Source: Eledone cirrhosa
Lineage: Eukaryota
DNA: 64,000 nt
Assembly (NCBI GenBank): GCA_964016885.1
Contig: OZ024740.1
Location: 158,968,001-159,032,000, forward strand
Reading direction: 5' to 3'
Part shown: positions 13,889 to 28,387 of the stretch, in pieces
Layout of the letters: each line of letters starts with the position of its first letter
Numbering within the stretch: position 1 is the stretch's first letter
Translations under genes and position numbers: made by a program
Notes under the pieces: generated by a model
Databases searched by the model: none
What the model was told of the DNA's origin: nothing
The model's input: only the letters and a program-made list of their open reading frames with translations

Positions 13889-14410
13889 TTAATATAGATG
13901 AGATTCTACAGGACTAGAACTGTTTCATTCATTAGAAATCATCAGGAATCTGGGTATCAAAAAATAAAAATGGTATTTATAGGTCTCTACAAGTGGTAGG
14001 AGAGGGTGGGGAGTGGGATGGGTGTAGGTCATTGGTTGATAGAAAAGGGAATTCATTAAAAGCTAATTCTACAAAGCTATAGTTTATTTTTATTTATTTT
14101 ATGTTTTTAGAGTAACAAGGGCAGACAGAATTCTATAAACAGGTTCCGGATGGCATACCATTCCTTGTCATTAAGTATCTCTTAAGCTAACAGATGTCTA
14201 TAAGATCAGTGGGGGGTCAGACATGGTCGATAGAATTAAAGAAAAGGGAGATTCTTTAAAAGCTAAAATCATTCAGGTTCTACTAAGTGACAAAGGTTTA
14301 GAGAATTCTGTAGACAGATTCAAAATACTGAGTGCATATCTTACAATTACCTTCGAACTTCTCTTAAACTAATCAACTATATGCCAAAAATCAACAGACA
14401 CATTCACAAA
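13886..14410 (-). mobile_element. PLE-like terminal element (copy 2)
   Basis: Homologous to 5300-5830 with the same (TA)n junction. Confidence 0.7.
13901..13951 (-). ncRNA. Type I hammerhead ribozyme
   Basis: Identical to the motif at 5315-5365. Confidence 0.8.
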
Positions 14411-14527
14411 AAAACATACTCACTCACACACTCACGCGCAACCATAAACACACATACACATACACATATACACACATAAAAACACACACACATATATATA
14501 AATATATTTATATACATACATATACAT

Positions 14528-14576
<49 letters not shown>

Positions 14577-14705
14577 TATATATACATACACACACACATA
14601 CATATATACACACACACACACATATATACACATATCAATACACTCACACACATACATACAAACACAAATATACATGTGTATACATATACACACAAATACA
14701 CATAG

Positions 14706-14770
<65 letters not shown>

Positions 14771-15055
14771 CAAATAACGAAACGAAATTAAATTTCGTTT
14801 CGCTTCTAACTCACTTTTGTATGACTGACGCTTAAACAATTAAGTTAAAGTGTACATCTACATATGTATACGGAAGTATTAGTATGCATATAAATACACA
14901 CATGTATACATATGTACATGTACTCAGCTTTTCACTAGACACTTTACAGTGAGTGTCAGCTAGTCTATATGTAAACACACAGACGGACCGGGTTTTAGAG
15001 TCATACGGGTTTTCAAGGAAACACATTTCCTCTATTCTCCAGAGGGCCAGACAGG

Positions 15056-15100
15056 AATATTGGACTAGTTTCGATGTTATTACATCTCATCAGCAATATT
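15056..15100 (-). ncRNA. Minimal type I hammerhead ribozyme
   Basis: Reverse complement of 15478-15522. Confidence 0.85.
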
Positions 15101-15477
15101 TACCCATCTTCCGGCTTCTCTGGAGAATTGTAAAAGCACATATCGTTATATGCTTTTTCTATGAAAATTAGTAGTGGGTAGACTAATTTGCATAGAACGT
15201 GAGTCATTGTACGCACCGGTTCAGCGGAAACGATAAAAACAAATAACGAAACGAAATTAAATTTCGTTTCGCTTCTAACTCACTTTTGTATGGCTGACGC
15301 TTAAACAATTAAGTTAAAGTGTACATCTACATATGTATACGGAAGTATTAGTATGCATATAAATACACACATGTATACATATGTACATGTACTCAGCTTT
15401 TCACTAGACACTTTACAGTGAGTGTCAGCTAGTCTGTATGTAAACACACAGACGGACCGGAAGCCGGAAGATGGGTA

Positions 15478-15522
15478 AATATTGCTGATGAGATGTAATA
15501 ACATCGAAACTAGTCCAATATT
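15478..15522 (+). ncRNA. Minimal type I hammerhead ribozyme
   Basis: aatattg CTGATGA gatgt aata acatc GAAA CTAG TC caatatt. Perfect stems I and II, palindromic stem III, GUC site. Confidence 0.9.
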
Positions 15523-15737
15523 CCTGTCTGGCCCTCTGGAGAATAGAGGAAATGTGTTTCCTTGAAAACCCGTATGACTCTAAAACCCGGTCCGTCTGTG
15601 TGTTTACATATAGACTAGCTGACACTCACTGTAAAGTGTCTAGTGAAAAGCTGAGTACATGTACATATGTATACATGTGTGTATTTATATGCATACTAAT
15701 ACTTCCGTATACATATGTAGATGTACACTTTAACTTA

Positions 15738-17300
<1,563 letters not shown>

Positions 17301-17449
17301 AAAACACCTCTACAGGCAGAAAATGATGATTTCTAATGAATGAAACAGTTCTAGTCCTGTAGAATCTCATCTATATTAAAACTTTTATACTCTGCTATGT
17401 ACTGAGTACCTTACTTACTGTGGTTACCTCCGATTCAACCCGGAATAAC

Positions 17450-17524
<75 letters not shown>

Positions 17525-17533
17525 CATATACGT

Positions 17534-17574
<41 letters not shown>

Positions 17575-17578
<4 letters not shown>

Positions 17579-17960
17579 AGGAGGTTATAGTTCACTTGAA
17601 GCATTGTGTAATGAGGTATAAACGTTTGAATATGTGTAATAAGGCCAAAACAATGCAGGTATGGACATAGAAAAAAGAATGCAATAGTAAAAGATATTGT
17701 TGAGAATTTGTCTTTCACCTTGAATTTATTTAAATGTCCTTAATTTTCGAGATAATATCTCTTCTTCGGAGGGAAGTAAAGGTCTCAAACCAGCGTCTTA
17801 AATCTCTAGCCAAGCTTGGAAGAGATATTATCTCGAAAATTAAGGACATTTAAATAAATTCAAGGTGAAAGACAAATTCTCAACAATATCTTTTACTATT
17901 GCATTCTTTTTTCTATGTCCATACCTGCATTGTTTTGGCCTTATTACACATATTCAAACA
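17575..17960 (-). mobile_element. PLE-like terminus with inversion and minimal hammerhead (17738-17772, variant core CCGAAGA)
   Basis: 17623-17764 is inverted at 17819-17960. Minus: cct CCGAAGA a gagata t tatctc GAAA AT TA agg. Confidence 0.65.
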
Positions 17961-18855
17961 TATATATATATATATATATAATTATATTATATTTTGAGAA
18001 TAAACTCTCAGTCATTTACAATAATTAAGCTCCAGGAAGGGTCTCTTCCGAGCAGTTAATACATTTAAAGTGTACGATAAACACGAAATGTGTTTACATT
18101 GCAACAGACAAAGTTAGCTATTAATGAAATAAACTAATAGAAGTGAATACAATATGTCTGTCTCGATATAAGTCAATAAAGACAATATTATATTGGCAAC
18201 AGCCATGATTCCTGGACATATTTAAATTTCAAAATTCAAACCTGTTCTGTAGACGAATTTGAACCTCGAAACCCAAATAAGTTTCGCAACGGTGGAATGT
18301 GAATTGAAAAATAAAGAGAATCGAAATGGAATAGAAATAAAAGAGTGAAATACCCAAATCTTCTGTGCTTATCAACAGGAATCCAGTAAGATTAGTTTAT
18401 CACACATCAAAAATTTTGCTGGACTGATTACACGTGGGTAGGCAGGCCAAAACTAGCTATCCCACATTCACGGTGCTAGAAATAACAGCCGCTTATGCAG
18501 GATTAAGGATCAGCTCATACAATAAAGGAACATTATATATATATATATATATATATATCATCATCGTCATCACCGTTTTACGTCCGTTCTTCCACGCTAG
18601 CATGGGTTAGACGGGTTGTCCTGTTGTGGGCAGTGTCTGGTCGGCTGACCATGCCTTGCTCATACAGGAACTGATCTGGCTTGATTTCTACAGCTGGATG
18701 CCCTTCCTAACACCAACCTCATTTACAGTGAGTGCTGGGTGCTTTTTCGTGGCGCCTACACGTCCACTTTACAGTGTGGGCTGGGTGCTTTTTTGCCGTT
18801 GCACCTCCACGACCACCTTGCGGTGGGGGGTGTGGGGGCATATTGTTTATATGCT

Positions 18856-20928
18856 TCAGCATGTACCCATGGGAGGTCGGGTACCCTGTATTACTGCGTG
18901 ATGCCAGAAGTCACGGTCGTGTGTCATTGACTTTGAGAGGTGTAGTTGGGTAAGGTCGGCTTTTATCACCTCATCCCAAGTCATCTTGGGTCTCCCCACT
19001 CCGCGGTTTCCATCAACTTCTAGTGCTCTGCACCTTTTTATGCAGCTGTCATCCTTCATACGCATCACATGTCCATACCAGCGTAACCGCCTCTCCTGCA
19101 CGCAGCATTTGATTCCTCTTATGCTCAGTCTCTCTCTCAATTCCTTTATGCTTTGTCGTTCACGTATATTACTGTTACACATCCATCGGAGCATGCAGGC
19201 TTCGTTACTCTCTAATCTACGAAAGTCTTCCACCTTCAGCGCCCAGGTCTCACTACCATGCAACATCGCTGTTCGGATACACGCATCATACAGTCTGCCT
19301 TTCATTCTGAGGGAGAAGCCTTTTGCAGCTAGCAGTGGTAGTAGTTCCCTAAACTTCTTCCATCCCGTTCTTACCCTAGTTATTGTACTTTCTGAGCACC
19401 CACCCCCGTTGCTAATTCGGTCACCTAGGTAGCAGAAGCTGTCTACTGTTTCTACAGGGCCCTCCCAGAGATTGGTGGTACTTGTTTCCTGTGGCTGTTT
19501 GCTTGCTGTTTCAGCACAGCTGCTGCATGTGAATCCTACATTCTTAATTAAGCTTCCCGAGATCCCGCTACATCTCTTGTGTACCCATTGTTTGCATTTG
19601 GGGCAGAGAATGGAGTTCCTACCTACACCTTTCCTACATACTGAGCAAGGCCATTTCCCTGAGGGGATCTGGGTTCTGTTTTCTCGTCTACTTACAAGGA
19701 CCTTAGTCTTTGTCATGTTGACTTTGAGGCTCTTTCTCTCTAGTCCCTGCTTCCAGGTTTGGAATTTATTCTCTAGTTCTACCATAGATTCAGCTATGAG
19801 TGCGAGGTCATCAGCATACAGGAGTTCCCATGGGCATCCGGTCTTAAACTCCTCCGTTATTGCCTGCAGGACTATGATGAACAGGAGAGGGCTAAGAACA
19901 GAGCCCTGGTGGATCCCAACCTGTACGCTAAATTCCTCGCTATACTCATTGCTAATCCTAACTTTGCTGACTGCTCCCCTATACATGGCTTGTACCGCTT
20001 TCACAAGCCATTCATCTACTCCTAGTTTTCTAAGAGCCCACCAGATTACTGCACGTGGAACTCTGTCAAAGGCTTTCTCAAGGTCGACAAATGCCAAGTA
20101 GAGTGGCTTACTTTTAGCTAGGTACTTTTCCTGTAATTGCCTCACAAGGAAGAGGGCATCAGTGGTGCCTTTCCCTGGTACAAACCCAAATTGCATCTCG
20201 TCTATATTCACCCGGTCCCTAATCAGCTGTGCTATAACTCTTTCTGTTACTTTCATGACCTGGTCCATCAACTTTATACCTCTATAGTTTCCTCTATCTA
20301 GTGCATCGCCTTTACCTTTGTAGCAGTTGACAATGATGCTACTGCACCAATCTTTTGGTATGGCCCCTTCTAGTATTACCTGGTTAACGATACGTGTGGT
20401 TATAGTGTGACCTACAGACCCAGATGCCTTCAGCATCTCGGCAGCTATACCCGATGGACCGGTTGCCTTCCCTATCTTCATATCTCTGATTGCCTTACTT
20501 ACTACGCTGCCGCTGACTTGTACTGCTGGTCCCTCTATAGGGTCTACGTGGGGTAGGGTCTCTTCTTCCCACGCATTCTCCTCATTTAGTAATCTATCAT
20601 AATGACTCTTCCATGCATCTTTCTTCTCAGCACTTGTGAGGGCAAGCTCACCTTTATCATTGCGGATACACTTCTCTCCAATGACATCACAACTATCTCT
20701 GACACACTGCCTCGCAATCTTGAATACCTCCTGTTTCTGGTCCTCACGTTGTAAAACATGCTTGAATTTTCTATCCTCTGCTTCCCTCCTAGCTAAGTAT
20801 ACTTGTCGCCTAGCTTCCCTCTTGGTCTCTATGTAATGTACCCTGCTCCCCCGGTTCTTCCATTCTTTCCATGCCTGTCTCTTGGCCTTGACTGCTTCAT
20901 CTACCTTATTGTTCCACCACCAAGTCAC
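18856..20928 (-). CDS. RTE reverse transcriptase with inserted PHD-like zinc finger
   Basis: Motifs NYRGIKL, QFGFVPGKGT, FVDLEKAFD, GIHQGSVLSPLLF, YADD, FCYLG, RLRWYGHVMRM. Confidence 0.93.
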   Translation of the reverse strand: MTWWWNNKVDEAVKAKRQAWKEWKNRGSRVHYIETKREARRQVYLARREAEDRKFKHVLQREDQKQEVFKIARQCVRDSCDVIGEKCIRNDKGELALTSAEKKDAWKSHYDRLLNEENAWEEETLPHVDPIEGPAVQVSGSVVSKAIRDMKIGKATGPSGIAAEMLKASGSVGHTITTRIVNQVILEGAIPKDWCSSIIVNCYKGKGDALDRGNYRGIKLMDQVMKVTERVIAQLIRDRVNIDEMQFGFVPGKGTTDALFLVRQLQEKYLAKSKPLYLAFVDLEKAFDRVPRAVIWWALRKLGVDEWLVKAVQAMYRGAVSKVRISNEYSEEFSVQVGIHQGSVLSPLLFIIVLQAITEEFKTGCPWELLYADDLALIAESMVELENKFQTWKQGLERKSLKVNMTKTKVLVSRRENRTQIPSGKWPCSVCRKGVGRNSILCPKCKQWVHKRCSGISGSLIKNVGFTCSSCAETASKQPQETSTTNLWEGPVETVDSFCYLGDRISNGGGCSESTITRVRTGWKKFRELLPLLAAKGFSLRMKGRLYDACIRTAMLHGSETWALKVEDFRRLESNEACMLRWMCNSNIRERQSIKELRERLSIRGIKCCVQERRLRWYGHVMRMKDDSCIKRCRALEVDGNRGVGRPKMTWDEVIKADLTQLHLSKSMTHDRDFWHHAVIQGTRPPMGTC

Positions 20929-20986
20929 TCTCCTCCTGCTTGAGGTCTTACTCCAGCCACAAACCTCATCCGTCGCCTCTAGTAAG

Positions 20987-21949
20987 TTATTTTTTTAGGA
21001 ACTCCCAGTTCTCTTCTACGTTAAATGTCTCTATCTGTTCTTCTTTACTGTCGTAGGCGTTGAGTAAAATATCTTTAAATCTGTTACTGGTTGAGGGGAC
21101 TTTCAGCTTCCAGATCTTTCTTCTCCAGGTTGGCCTCTGTTTCAGGGCTCGTCTAGTTCTGACCGTGAGGTCGCTGACAACTAAGCTATGTTGGGATGTA
21201 CATTCCTCACTAGGGAAGGCTTTTGTGTTTACGACCGTCCATCTGTCACGTCCTCTGACGAGGATAAAATCTAACTGACTAGAGTGCTCCCCTGATCTAT
21301 AGGTGATCAGGTGGTTGTCGGGTTTTTTAAAGTTTGTGTTACATATCGACATGTCATTGGCGTCGCAGAATTCTAGAAGTCTGAATCCTTCCTCATTCCT
21401 TGTGCCAACTCCATGGCCTCCATGTACTCTATTGAAGCCGTCGCAGTGTTTACCTACGTGTCCGTTAAAATCTCCTGCAATGATTAGGAAGTCCTTGTCG
21501 TCTGTTAGAGCAGTAGTGTGTATTAGGGACTCGTAAAACCTATCCTTAAGTTCGTCTGGCAGTCCCGATTGGGGTGCGTAAGCTGATATTATTGTGGTAA
21601 TTGTCTTATTCAGGACTAGTCTGAGTTTAATGATTCTTGCATTTACCCTGTACACTGAGATTACTTTATCTACCCACTTGTCAGCTAATAGTATACCTAC
21701 ACCACCCATCCCATCGTCATTTCCCACCCAGAAAAATTTGTAGCACTGGCTTTTTCCTACAAGGACTCTAGCAGACCCTCCTCTCCATCTAGTCTCTTGC
21801 ACACAGCATACATCAACTTCCTTTTGCTCTAGCATTTCTACGATTTCTCCTGCTCTTCCTTTCATTGAGCCTACATTGATGGTACCAACTCGGAGTTTTG
21901 GGCATTTGTCGACACTCGTATGGGGAGGGTCTCTGGGTTGGCGCTTCAC
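20987..21949 (-). CDS. RTE apurinic-type endonuclease (N-terminal part of the same ORF, frameshifted)
   Basis: GTINVGSM, DVCCVQETRW, SAYAPQ, GDFNGHVG, QLDFIL, SQHSLV. Confidence 0.92.
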   Translation of the reverse strand: MKRQPRDPPHTSVDKCPKLRVGTINVGSMKGRAGEIVEMLEQKEVDVCCVQETRWRGGSARVLVGKSQCYKFFWVGNDDGMGGVGILLADKWVDKVISVYRVNARIIKLRLVLNKTITTIISAYAPQSGLPDELKDRFYESLIHTTALTDDKDFLIIAGDFNGHVGKHCDGFNRVHGGHGVGTRNEEGFRLLEFCDANDMSICNTNFKKPDNHLITYRSGEHSSQLDFILVRGRDRWTVVNTKAFPSEECTSQHSLVVSDLTVRTRRALKQRPTWRRKIWKLKVPSTSNRFKDILLNAYDSKEEQIETFNVEENWEFLKK

Positions 21950-22601
21950 GTGGGTGCTTGGTAGCTCGTAGATTCATATTTCATCTATTGATTCAGAGTT
22001 GCTCAAATGTATTCTCAGCTCATCCATCCATAACGGTGGGAAAATTGAGGGCTAGAAGAACAGTGGTGGTGGGGTAATGGCAGGGTGTGTTGCGATGCGC
22101 CAGAGGAGGAGAGAGTTAGTTAGGCAGGTAGTAGCAGCAGCAGTGGAAATCGCATGCTAGGTTTGATTGGTCGAATAGACTATGGTGGTGTGTGTGTGTG
22201 GGGGGGGGGGAACTTGTGAGGTAGGAAGTGAGGGTCGCATGGTAAATAACTGAGAGAGATACAATAGAATTAGATACCGCATGGTAAATATCCAAGTTAA
22301 TACTACATCAGTAAAATTAACAATAATAACGTCATGAAAAACTACTAAGAAAAACCCTCGAAAATTTATCGCTAATACAGCAGGGAACATCATTAATCAT
22401 TAATATTAACAACAATATGTAGGCTAAAATACCTTCGTAGATTAGTAAGGATGGATGGATGGATGGCTGGAAAAATTGGAATCAACTCTAGTGATACATT
22501 TTAGCAGAGAAGAATGGGAAAGTGTCTTATCTCTTCAATATTTTCAGATTGAATGAATTAGGTTAAAGACAGGGTAGTAAACCTTAAAGAGTTTATATAC
22601 G

Positions 22602-22669
<68 letters not shown>

Positions 22670-22692
22670 CATACATACATACATACATACAC

Positions 22693-22931
22693 ACAGAGGA
22701 GACTGAGGTTGGCTGGACATGCTCACCGACATCCAGAGTTGACATTGCACTCAGTGCTCCTTTGGGAGCCCCTACATGGACACACTAGAAGAGGAATACC
22801 AAGGTTAACATATGTTGATGCCCTAAGGACAGACACTGGTCTGTTGGAGATGCAGGATATGGCAGCGATAATGAGGGACAGAGACCGCTGGAGAGAACTC
22901 GTCCATGGATCTCGGGAATTTTACCCGCCTT

Positions 22932-22933
<2 letters not shown>
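22693..22933 (+). mobile_element. 5'-truncated RTE/RTE-X 3' end
   Basis: RRLRLAGHAHRHPE..LLWEP.HG...[21 protein letters not shown] is a typical RTE-X C-terminus; lies between (TACA)n and (TA)n. Confidence 0.75.
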
Positions 22934-23010
<77 letters not shown>

Positions 23011-23023
23011 CACATACATATAC

Positions 23024-23070
<47 letters not shown>

Positions 23071-23124
23071 CATACATATATATATATATATACATACATA
23101 TATATATATATATACATACATATA

Positions 23125-23232
<108 letters not shown>

Positions 23233-23237
23233 CATAC

Positions 23238-23306
<69 letters not shown>

Positions 23307-23311
23307 CATAC

Positions 23312-23342
<31 letters not shown>

Positions 23343-23343
23343 C

Positions 23344-23500
<157 letters not shown>

Positions 23501-23512
23501 TATATATATATA

Positions 23513-23860
23513 CTTGGGCCCCGTGCTATCCGTCCCATTCAAAAATCTAAATCGCAACTCATAACAACAATACGGCACAATTATTTCACCTCAATCGGCC
23601 CTGCTCTCTTCAACATCACACCAGGACACGTCAAAACAGAAAATGACCACACAAAATTCAAGAAGTCTTTGGACAAATTCCTCCAAGTAATCCCGGACAA
23701 ACCACCCACACCCGGATATGTCTCCGCAAACAGTAATTCTCTTCTCGAATGGGCCATGGTGCCCAAATCCTGAATTGAAAGACTTCGCCAGGTGGTGCTA
23801 TTAAGTTAGACATGGCCTGGGCCAATACTGGCCAAAACATTTCAAAGTTATTCAAAGTTA
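23513..23860 (+). mobile_element. 5'-truncated CR1-clade LINE 3' end
   Basis: Reverse complement of 24110-24462; tail (TTCAAAGTTA)2. Confidence 0.85.
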
Positions 23861-24026
<166 letters not shown>

Positions 24027-24033
24027 CATATAC

Positions 24034-24100
<67 letters not shown>

Positions 24101-24103
<3 letters not shown>

Positions 24104-24958
24104 CTTTGAATAACTTTGAATAACTTTGAAATGTTTTGGCCAGTATTGGCCCAGGCCATGTCTAACTTAATAGCACCACCTGGCGAAGTCTTTCAATTCA
24201 GGATTTGGGCACCATGGCCCATTCGAGAAGAGAATTACTGTTTGCGGAGACATATCCGGGTGTGGGTGGTTTGTCCGGGATTACTTGGAGGAATTTGTCC
24301 AAAGACTTCTTGAATTTTGTGTGGTCAGTTTCTGTTTTGACGTGTCCTGGTGTGATGTTGAAGAGAGCAGGGCCGATTGAGGTGAAATAATTGTGCCGTA
24401 TTGTTGTTATGAGTTGCGATTTAGATTTTTGAATGGGACGGATAGCACGGGGCCCAAGCCTTGGGTGTATCTTGAAGGCGATGCCAACATCATTTGGGCA
24501 GTGATGATGGAACATTTTCCACATCATGCAGATAATATAACGCTCACGGCGACGTTGGAGTGAGTAAAGTTTCAGGTTTTCTAATCGACCCCAGTAGTCA
24601 AGGTCTGACATGCCATCTATCTTTTTCGTGATTGCCCTTTGAGGAGCTTCAAGTTTCGTGATACTTTGTTTCGTGTGGGGAGACCACAGTGGACAACAGT
24701 ATTCAAGGTGTGGTCGGGCGAAAGTAGAGAAGAGAAGGATAATGGTGCGGGAATCTTTCGACTGGAAGGTTCTGAGGATCCAGGAACACATTCTGCGGGC
24801 CATGTCAACTTTGCTGCTTATATGCGTGGTCCAGCTTATGTTGCTGTCCACGGTTACTCCCAAGTCTCTGATGTTGTTAGATGCCACGAGAGTTTCCCCG
24901 GAGGGAAGGGAGTACGGGAGTTTCAGAGCATCCTCTTTTCCAAAGTGGATCAGCTCGA
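24101..24958 (-). mobile_element. 5'-truncated CR1-clade LINE (RT C-terminus + 3'UTR)
   Basis: [48 protein letters not shown]; tail (TTCAAAGTTA)3. Confidence 0.88.
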
Positions 24959-24974
24959 ATTATATATCAGTTCG

Positions 24975-25049
<75 letters not shown>

Positions 25050-25076
25050 CATACATATATATATATATATACATAC

Positions 25077-25113
<37 letters not shown>

Positions 25114-25225
25114 CATACATATATATATATATACATACATACATATATATATATATACATACATATATATATATACATACATATATATATATATATATAC
25201 AAACATATATATATATATACATACA

Positions 25226-25355
<130 letters not shown>

Positions 25356-25378
25356 CATATATATATATATATACATAC

Positions 25379-25452
<74 letters not shown>

Positions 25453-26104
25453 ATATATATATACACATACATATACGTATATATATATATATATATACAC
25501 ATACATATACGTATATATATATATATATATACATGTATATTGTGAACGTGTGTATATATATCTTGCCTAGTCATTTATGTTTTTCCTGGTACTATACCTT
25601 TTACTATTATATATATATACGAAGTGTGTTAAATAGTGTTGATATGCTTTGGGTGATCACTTAGAGAGTTGAAAATACAAAGAACAACAACAAAAAATAT
25701 GTCAACAATCACATATAAAACTACAACAAAAGCAAAACTCCCAAATACCAACAGCAGCGCTTCTGCCGTGGAAAGAATCAAATCAGAGATGTTTTAAGGA
25801 ACTGGGCATTTGCCAAATTTGAACAGTCCTTGATGAAGCTTTCCGTATGTGCATGTCGCACACACACACACACACACATACAAACAGACAGACAGACAGA
25901 CACACACGCACGCACGTACATGCATTTATGTATATATGGATAGAGATATTTGTATATTTATATGCATAAATATACGTGTGTATGTATGTACATGTATGAA
26001 TATATTTATGGGTAAACGTAGAAACATATGCATGTATATAAGTTGACACACACACAAATACACAGGCACATATATATACATAAACAGACATGTATATTTA
26101 TGCA

Positions 26105-26136
<32 letters not shown>

Positions 26137-26281
26137 ATACTTTGGGAGGGTCATGTTGCCAATAAGAAACACACGCACCAGTTGCTTTCAGTTCAATTTA
26201 TTATAATAAATTCATAAATTTAGGAATTTATATTTTCCGGTTGGTTGGTAGGTTCCACAACCAGATGGTTGTTTATATATT

Positions 26282-26324
26282 GTCAAAGTTCTTTCGTCAC
26301 ACATTCTGTGACCTCTTCAGTGAC
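26282..26324 (-). ncRNA. Minimal hammerhead ribozyme in PLE pseudo-LTR
   Basis: Minus: gtca CTGAAGA g gtcaca gaatg tgtgac GAAA gaac TT tgac. Confidence 0.75.
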
Positions 26325-27489
26325 TGGGGATTCTTTTCTTTGTTTTTGTGCCTCTCCTTTGTTCTGTCCTACGCCATCTTGTTTCTGTGTGTGTGTTGTG
26401 TGCTCCAAATATCTGATCCACCGAAACTCAGCTGTTTCGGACCATACCAAAATCAACATACTGATTGCGGATTTGGTACGGGTGATGAGAAACGTGTCCC
26501 GCATGTGCCACCCCGAAGAACTAGAGAGACACATACAACACTTCATCCACCGTATGCAGTTCTCTGGTTACAATCAGAGAGATAAAATCAGAGTGTATAG
26601 AGGAGCCAGAACCAAATGGGGAAAAAATGGTAAATAATGACACAAATGGCACCCGCCCCTTGTATAGGAGCTAATTTTGGAATAGAATAGAAAGGACTAG
26701 GAATAAGGCTAATAGAATAAACTCATGGTATGTTAGCAATAAATACCAGAGCGTAATGTTCATCGATACAACCCCTAGAGGTGAATTAGCTTACAAATTT
26801 AGAATGGCCCTAGATAAACATAAACTCAATATTAAGATAGTAGAAAGACCAGGTACCCCCATAAAAACACTTATTAGCAAGACATACCCTTTTCAAAGAC
26901 CCCCTGTATAGATAAGAAATGTATAACCTGTAAATTAAGCCCCCATATTAACTGTAAAACTAGAAATGTAGTATATAGCATAAGATGTACCGAAGGACAA
27001 TGTAGAGACAAAAATATAGTGTACATAGGTGAGACAGCTCGTAGTGTAGGGAAACGGATAAATGAACACTGGCGAGACGTTCAAGATAGTAAAGAATCAT
27101 CTGTACTCTACCAACATGCTAAAATAGAACATAAGGGTAAATTAGAGAACACAGAAATAAAAATAGAATCTACACACAGAAAAGACGAAATGTTTAGACA
27201 AATCACAGAGGCAATAAACATAAAAGAATTACAACCAAAATTAAATAGAAAACATGAGTGGAACAGCAATATCACAACTTACAATTAATGACAAAATGAA
27301 AACACACACGCACATAGAACAAACAACCAACCTGTAACATGTAAATAAACAAATAAATAAACGAATACAAACACACACAGACACCCGGATGTGGCGCATG
27401 CGCAGACTGAGCACACAACACACACACAGAAACAAGATGGCGTAGGACAGTACAAAGGAGAGGCACAAAAACAAAGAAAAGAATCCCCA

Positions 27490-27532
27490 GTCACTGAAGA
27501 GGTCACATAATGTGTGACGAAAGAACTTTGAC
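27490..27532 (+). ncRNA. Minimal hammerhead ribozyme in PLE pseudo-LTR
   Basis: gtca CTGAAGA g gtcaca taatg tgtgac GAAA gaac TT tgac, about 200 nt downstream of the GIY-YIG stop. Confidence 0.75.
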
Positions 27533-27739
27533 AATATATAAACAACCATTTGGTTGTGGAACCAACCAACCAACCGGAAATTTATAAATTCCTAAATTTA
27601 TAAATTTATTATAATAAATTGAAGTGAAAGCAACTGGTGCGTGTGTTTCTTATTGGCAACATGACCCTCCCAAAGTATAACAATATCGGTTTCAACACAC
27701 GTTTTCAGATAAAAATCTTGCTAAACAAATTCAGAAACG

Positions 27740-27813
<74 letters not shown>

Positions 27814-28387
27814 ATATATATATAAATATAAAGAATTAGTATATCTACCAACATATATATACAGATGCATACCTATGCTAGCAAATATATAGGTTCTGTC
27901 TTAGTAACTTTGTGATTCAATGCAAGGGGATGCAGAACAATTATATGAAAGACGTAAAATAAGAAAATTATAAAAATTAACTTACTTACTAAAATTTCAC
28001 TCCAACTAATTAGTTTCTGAAAGGGAATAAACATGGTTTCCGAATGGAACACATGGAGAATGCCTTTCGTCATCAGGAAGTCAGTTCTCAGCTAAGTTCC
28101 CAGGCGATGCGTGGACACAGGGAACTTATACAAAAATAATTCAGTGGATGGAATAAAGCAAGCGTGGACTAAATTCCAAGACATTGAAAAAATCACTGCC
28201 TACTTGGTCGGTGGCAAATTCAAAAGAATCAATCACCTGACATCGAGGTTAATCAGTGAGGAGTGGGGTGTTAAGAAGACAGTCGCCGAACTATTACTAT
28301 GAACTATAGTAGCAGTTTTGGAAAATTTTTGCTCAACAAAATAATTTGGAGATAATTATAAAGAATTAGTATATAAATATATATATA

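Larger units (their letters stand above)
18559..22600 (-). mobile_element. Near full-length RTE-clade LINE (5' boundary approximate)
   Basis: APE ORF followed by an RT ORF. 3' end AACCCATGCTAGCGTGGAAGAACGGACGTAAAACGG plus a (TGA)n tail abutting (TA)n. Confidence 0.9.
26132..27743 (+). mobile_element. Penelope-like element, 5'-truncated, with inverted terminal copies; GIY-YIG endonuclease pseudogene 26405-27288
   Basis: 26132-26406 is inverted at 27405-27683. Coding VVYSIRC..YIGETARS..RINEH..RQITEAINI..LNRK with a stop and frameshifts; lies in (TA)n. Confidence 0.85.

Noticed and set aside
18259-18377. TTGATAA..GAAA hammerhead-like motif on the minus strand
   Set aside because: Stem I is only 2 bp and the stem II loop is very long; too weak to call.
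18986-21536. Plus-strand ORFs opposite the RTE
   Set aside because: Antisense shadows of the RTE coding sequence; the same applies to minus-strand ORFs over the Tx1 array.
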